Assembly (NCBI GenBank): GCA_040260805.1
Contig: JBDQPD010000069.1
Coordinates: 1-17,794 of the forward strand
DNA from: Myxococcota bacterium
Lineage (GTDB): Bacteria > Myxococcota > UBA4151
DNA: 17,794 bases
Direction: 5' to 3'
The notes under the pieces were generated by a model that saw nothing but the letters and a program-made list of their open reading frames with translations, ran no database searches and was not told the origin of the DNA. Of the stretch, positions 15,832 to 17,794 are shown in pieces. The translations under genes and the position numbers were made by a program. Positions within the stretch are counted from its first letter, which is position 1. Every line of letters starts with the position of its first letter.

Positions 15832-16436
15832 CACTCGATCCAGCCCCGTTCTCGCAAAGCCCTGAGCACCGAAGCCAAAACCCCATCCGGGTCTTGGGTC
15901 GCGTCGATCAAGCGAACAGGCGAGGCAAAGCCTCGAGCGGCGTCGAGGTAGCGCTGTCTAAGCACCGTCAGCGTATCGAGCACCTCGAACCGTTCACGGT
16001 CGCCGCCACGCGCTGAGATACGTTCCCACGACGTCTGTGAAGGTAGATCGAGCAAAAACGTCAAATCAGCGGGCAGCGCAAATCGGTTGATCGCAGCCAC
16101 CCACTCCTCATCGAGTTCGCTTCCTTGGTACACCAGGCTTGAGAGCACTGAGCGGTCGCACAGGACCCACTCGCCCTGCGCCATCGCAGCCTCAAACTCA
16201 CGCCGGAGTTCGAGCCGATCAGCTGCAAAAAATAGCGCTAATGCGGCTCGCTCAAACTCCTCATGCAAGGGCTGCTTGAGAAACTGTCGAGCCATGGCGC
16301 CAGCGCCAGCGCTCGACGGCTGCGCCGCGCAGCGCACCGTCAGCCCAGCGGCTTCTAAGGTGACGGCGAGACTGTTGAGCAGCGTGCTGGTCCCCGCTCC
16401 ATCGATGCCCTCAAGGACAATATAGCGGCCGGTCAT
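15831..16436 (-). CDS. tmk: Thymidylate (dTMP) kinase
   Basis: Motifs IVLEGIDGAGTST, LFFAADR, CDRS..SS..YQG, DLTFLLD and RFE. Confidence 0.9.
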   Translation of the reverse strand: MTGRYIVLEGIDGAGTSTLLNSLAVTLEAAGLTVRCAAQPSSAGAGAMARQFLKQPLHEEFERAALALFFAADRLELRREFEAAMAQGEWVLCDRSVLSSLVYQGSELDEEWVAAINRFALPADLTFLLDLPSQTSWERISARGGDRERFEVLDTLTVLRQRYLDAARGFASPVRLIDATQDPDGVLASVLRALRERGWIE

Positions 16437-16972
16437 AAGGCTCCCTTTCGACGCAAGCGACTTTGAAGCCTGAGCTGACCACTGCTCTGCTGCAAAAACA
16501 CCTCAACCTGCATCAATCCCTCGCCCTCGGCATACCACCAGCGCGTGAGCAAAACCTGATCTGGTAATTTCTGTCGAGCCTCAATGGCGAGACAGTTCCG
16601 TTTAAGACCAAATGGCTTTGGACAAGGCGTGTCGACACGGACCACCTTGAAGCGCTCGATGACTCCCGGTCGCGGAATAGCGTGCCAACCAGCGCCGACG
16701 CGCAGCGGCCTTCGAATCAGGTACCGCTTCCCATCAAAAAGCCCATCGGCGTCGTGGCGCAACCGCTGCCCAGGGCCTACCTCGAACCAACCCTTTTTGC
16801 TCTTCTTAACCACGACCTTGCGTTGCGATTTCCCGCCCGCTGTTTGGGTGTCGAAGTTGAGCACCTGTCCGGATTTAAGTGGCCAATAACTTGCCGGTTC
16901 AGGGCCGGGTTTAGCCGGGGTCATGGTGGCGCAAGCCCCTGTAAAAAGGAGCATGACCCAAGCTCGTTTCAT
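16433..16972 (-). CDS. Hypothetical basic lipoprotein
   Basis: Signal plus lipobox MKRAWVMLLFTGAC. ATGA overlaps on both sides. YWPL..G and WYAEGEGL motifs suggest a beta-rich fold. Confidence 0.75.
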   Translation of the reverse strand: MKRAWVMLLFTGACATMTPAKPGPEPASYWPLKSGQVLNFDTQTAGGKSQRKVVVKKSKKGWFEVGPGQRLRHDADGLFDGKRYLIRRPLRVGAGWHAIPRPGVIERFKVVRVDTPCPKPFGLKRNCLAIEARQKLPDQVLLTRWWYAEGEGLMQVEVFLQQSSGQLRLQSRLRRKGAL

Positions 16973-17682
16973 TGTTGTCGCAGTTCCAGCGCAGCTCGCG
17001 CGGTTTGTCGCGCAGAGACTTCATCATGTCCGGCTGCCACAGCGGTCAGATAGGCTACCGCAACTTCCTCTTCTCGCTCGGCGACCGCTCCAAGCAACTC
17101 TTCGAGCAGCTCAGGGTAGCGCTGACTCAACTTGATCAGATGAACGGTCGCAAGCCGACCTTTGGTGCTGAGCAATACCCCCGTCAGTTGACGAATACGA
17201 TCCGGAGGAGTCTCGGGAATCAAGCCCTTGAACAAGGCGTCGTATGCGGACTGGCCAGCGAACCCCAAAAGACTTTGTCCCGCGGTTCGTCGTAAAAGGT
17301 CATTCGAGCCACACAACTTTGCGATCGCCAAGGCATCCTCGCCAGTCGCCTTAGCCTTCTGATGTGCGCCAAAGAGCAAGCGGACCAGGTCGGACCATGA
17401 ACCACGCTGCGGCATGGAAGCCAAGTACGTACGCTCGCCAACCTTCAACTCACCGCGAACACCGCCCTCGCCTCCGGCAAGCAACGCCAGGCGAGCGGTC
17501 TCAATACCGGCTTGCTTGGCAGCCATCTGATAGGCTGCTTTAACATCGACAGGAGACAAGCCAAGCACCTGATCCAAGCCCAGCGCCAGCTGACCCTTCT
17601 CTTCGATCACGACACTGGGTCGGGTGCAGGCTAAAGCCATCAAACTGATCGCTATTAAGCCTTTAACCATCCAGTTGCCCAT
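16969..17682 (-). CDS. Hypothetical lipoprotein with a helical, HEAT-like C-terminus
   Basis: Signal plus lipobox ...LIAISLMALAC, GGGGAG SD, ATGA overlap with the next gene. Confidence 0.7.
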   Translation of the reverse strand: MGNWMVKGLIAISLMALACTRPSVVIEEKGQLALGLDQVLGLSPVDVKAAYQMAAKQAGIETARLALLAGGEGGVRGELKVGERTYLASMPQRGSWSDLVRLLFGAHQKAKATGEDALAIAKLCGSNDLLRRTAGQSLLGFAGQSAYDALFKGLIPETPPDRIRQLTGVLLSTKGRLATVHLIKLSQRYPELLEELLGAVAEREEEVAVAYLTAVAAGHDEVSARQTARAALELRQQ

Positions 17683-17698
17683 GCGCTCCCCCAGACAT

Positions 17699-17775
<77 letters not shown>

Positions 17776-17794
17776 ACGAGACCTCTTCGAGGTG

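Overview
GC-rich bacterial chromosomal window, most likely Myxococcota-like, judged from Cys-rich CGDG..CDDGN repeat lipoproteins, an IgGFc-binding-type lipoprotein and a GAGTST thymidylate kinase. Almost everything is on the minus strand. A tRNA-Arg(CCU) heads a tightly packed ~13 kb gene run: two unknown lipoproteins, tmk, mutS, a divergent dprA, trmFO, a Gly-rich PE-PGRS-like lipoprotein, an RNase HII-YraN fusion, rsmI and an IgGFc-binding-type lipoprotein. A single plus-strand gene (Cys-rich/PPC/RCC1 lipoprotein) converges on this run and diverges from a thiolase plus 3-hydroxyacyl-CoA dehydrogenase pair. No mobile element, integrase or CRISPR array is visible. The most notable points are the rnhB-yraN fusion, large surface lipoproteins embedded among repair and transformation genes, a domain nested inside the IgGFc-type protein, a motif-dense divergent promoter region with mirror-image elements, and a possibly structured 249-bp intergenic region. 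All calls come from reading motifs by eye; no searches were run.
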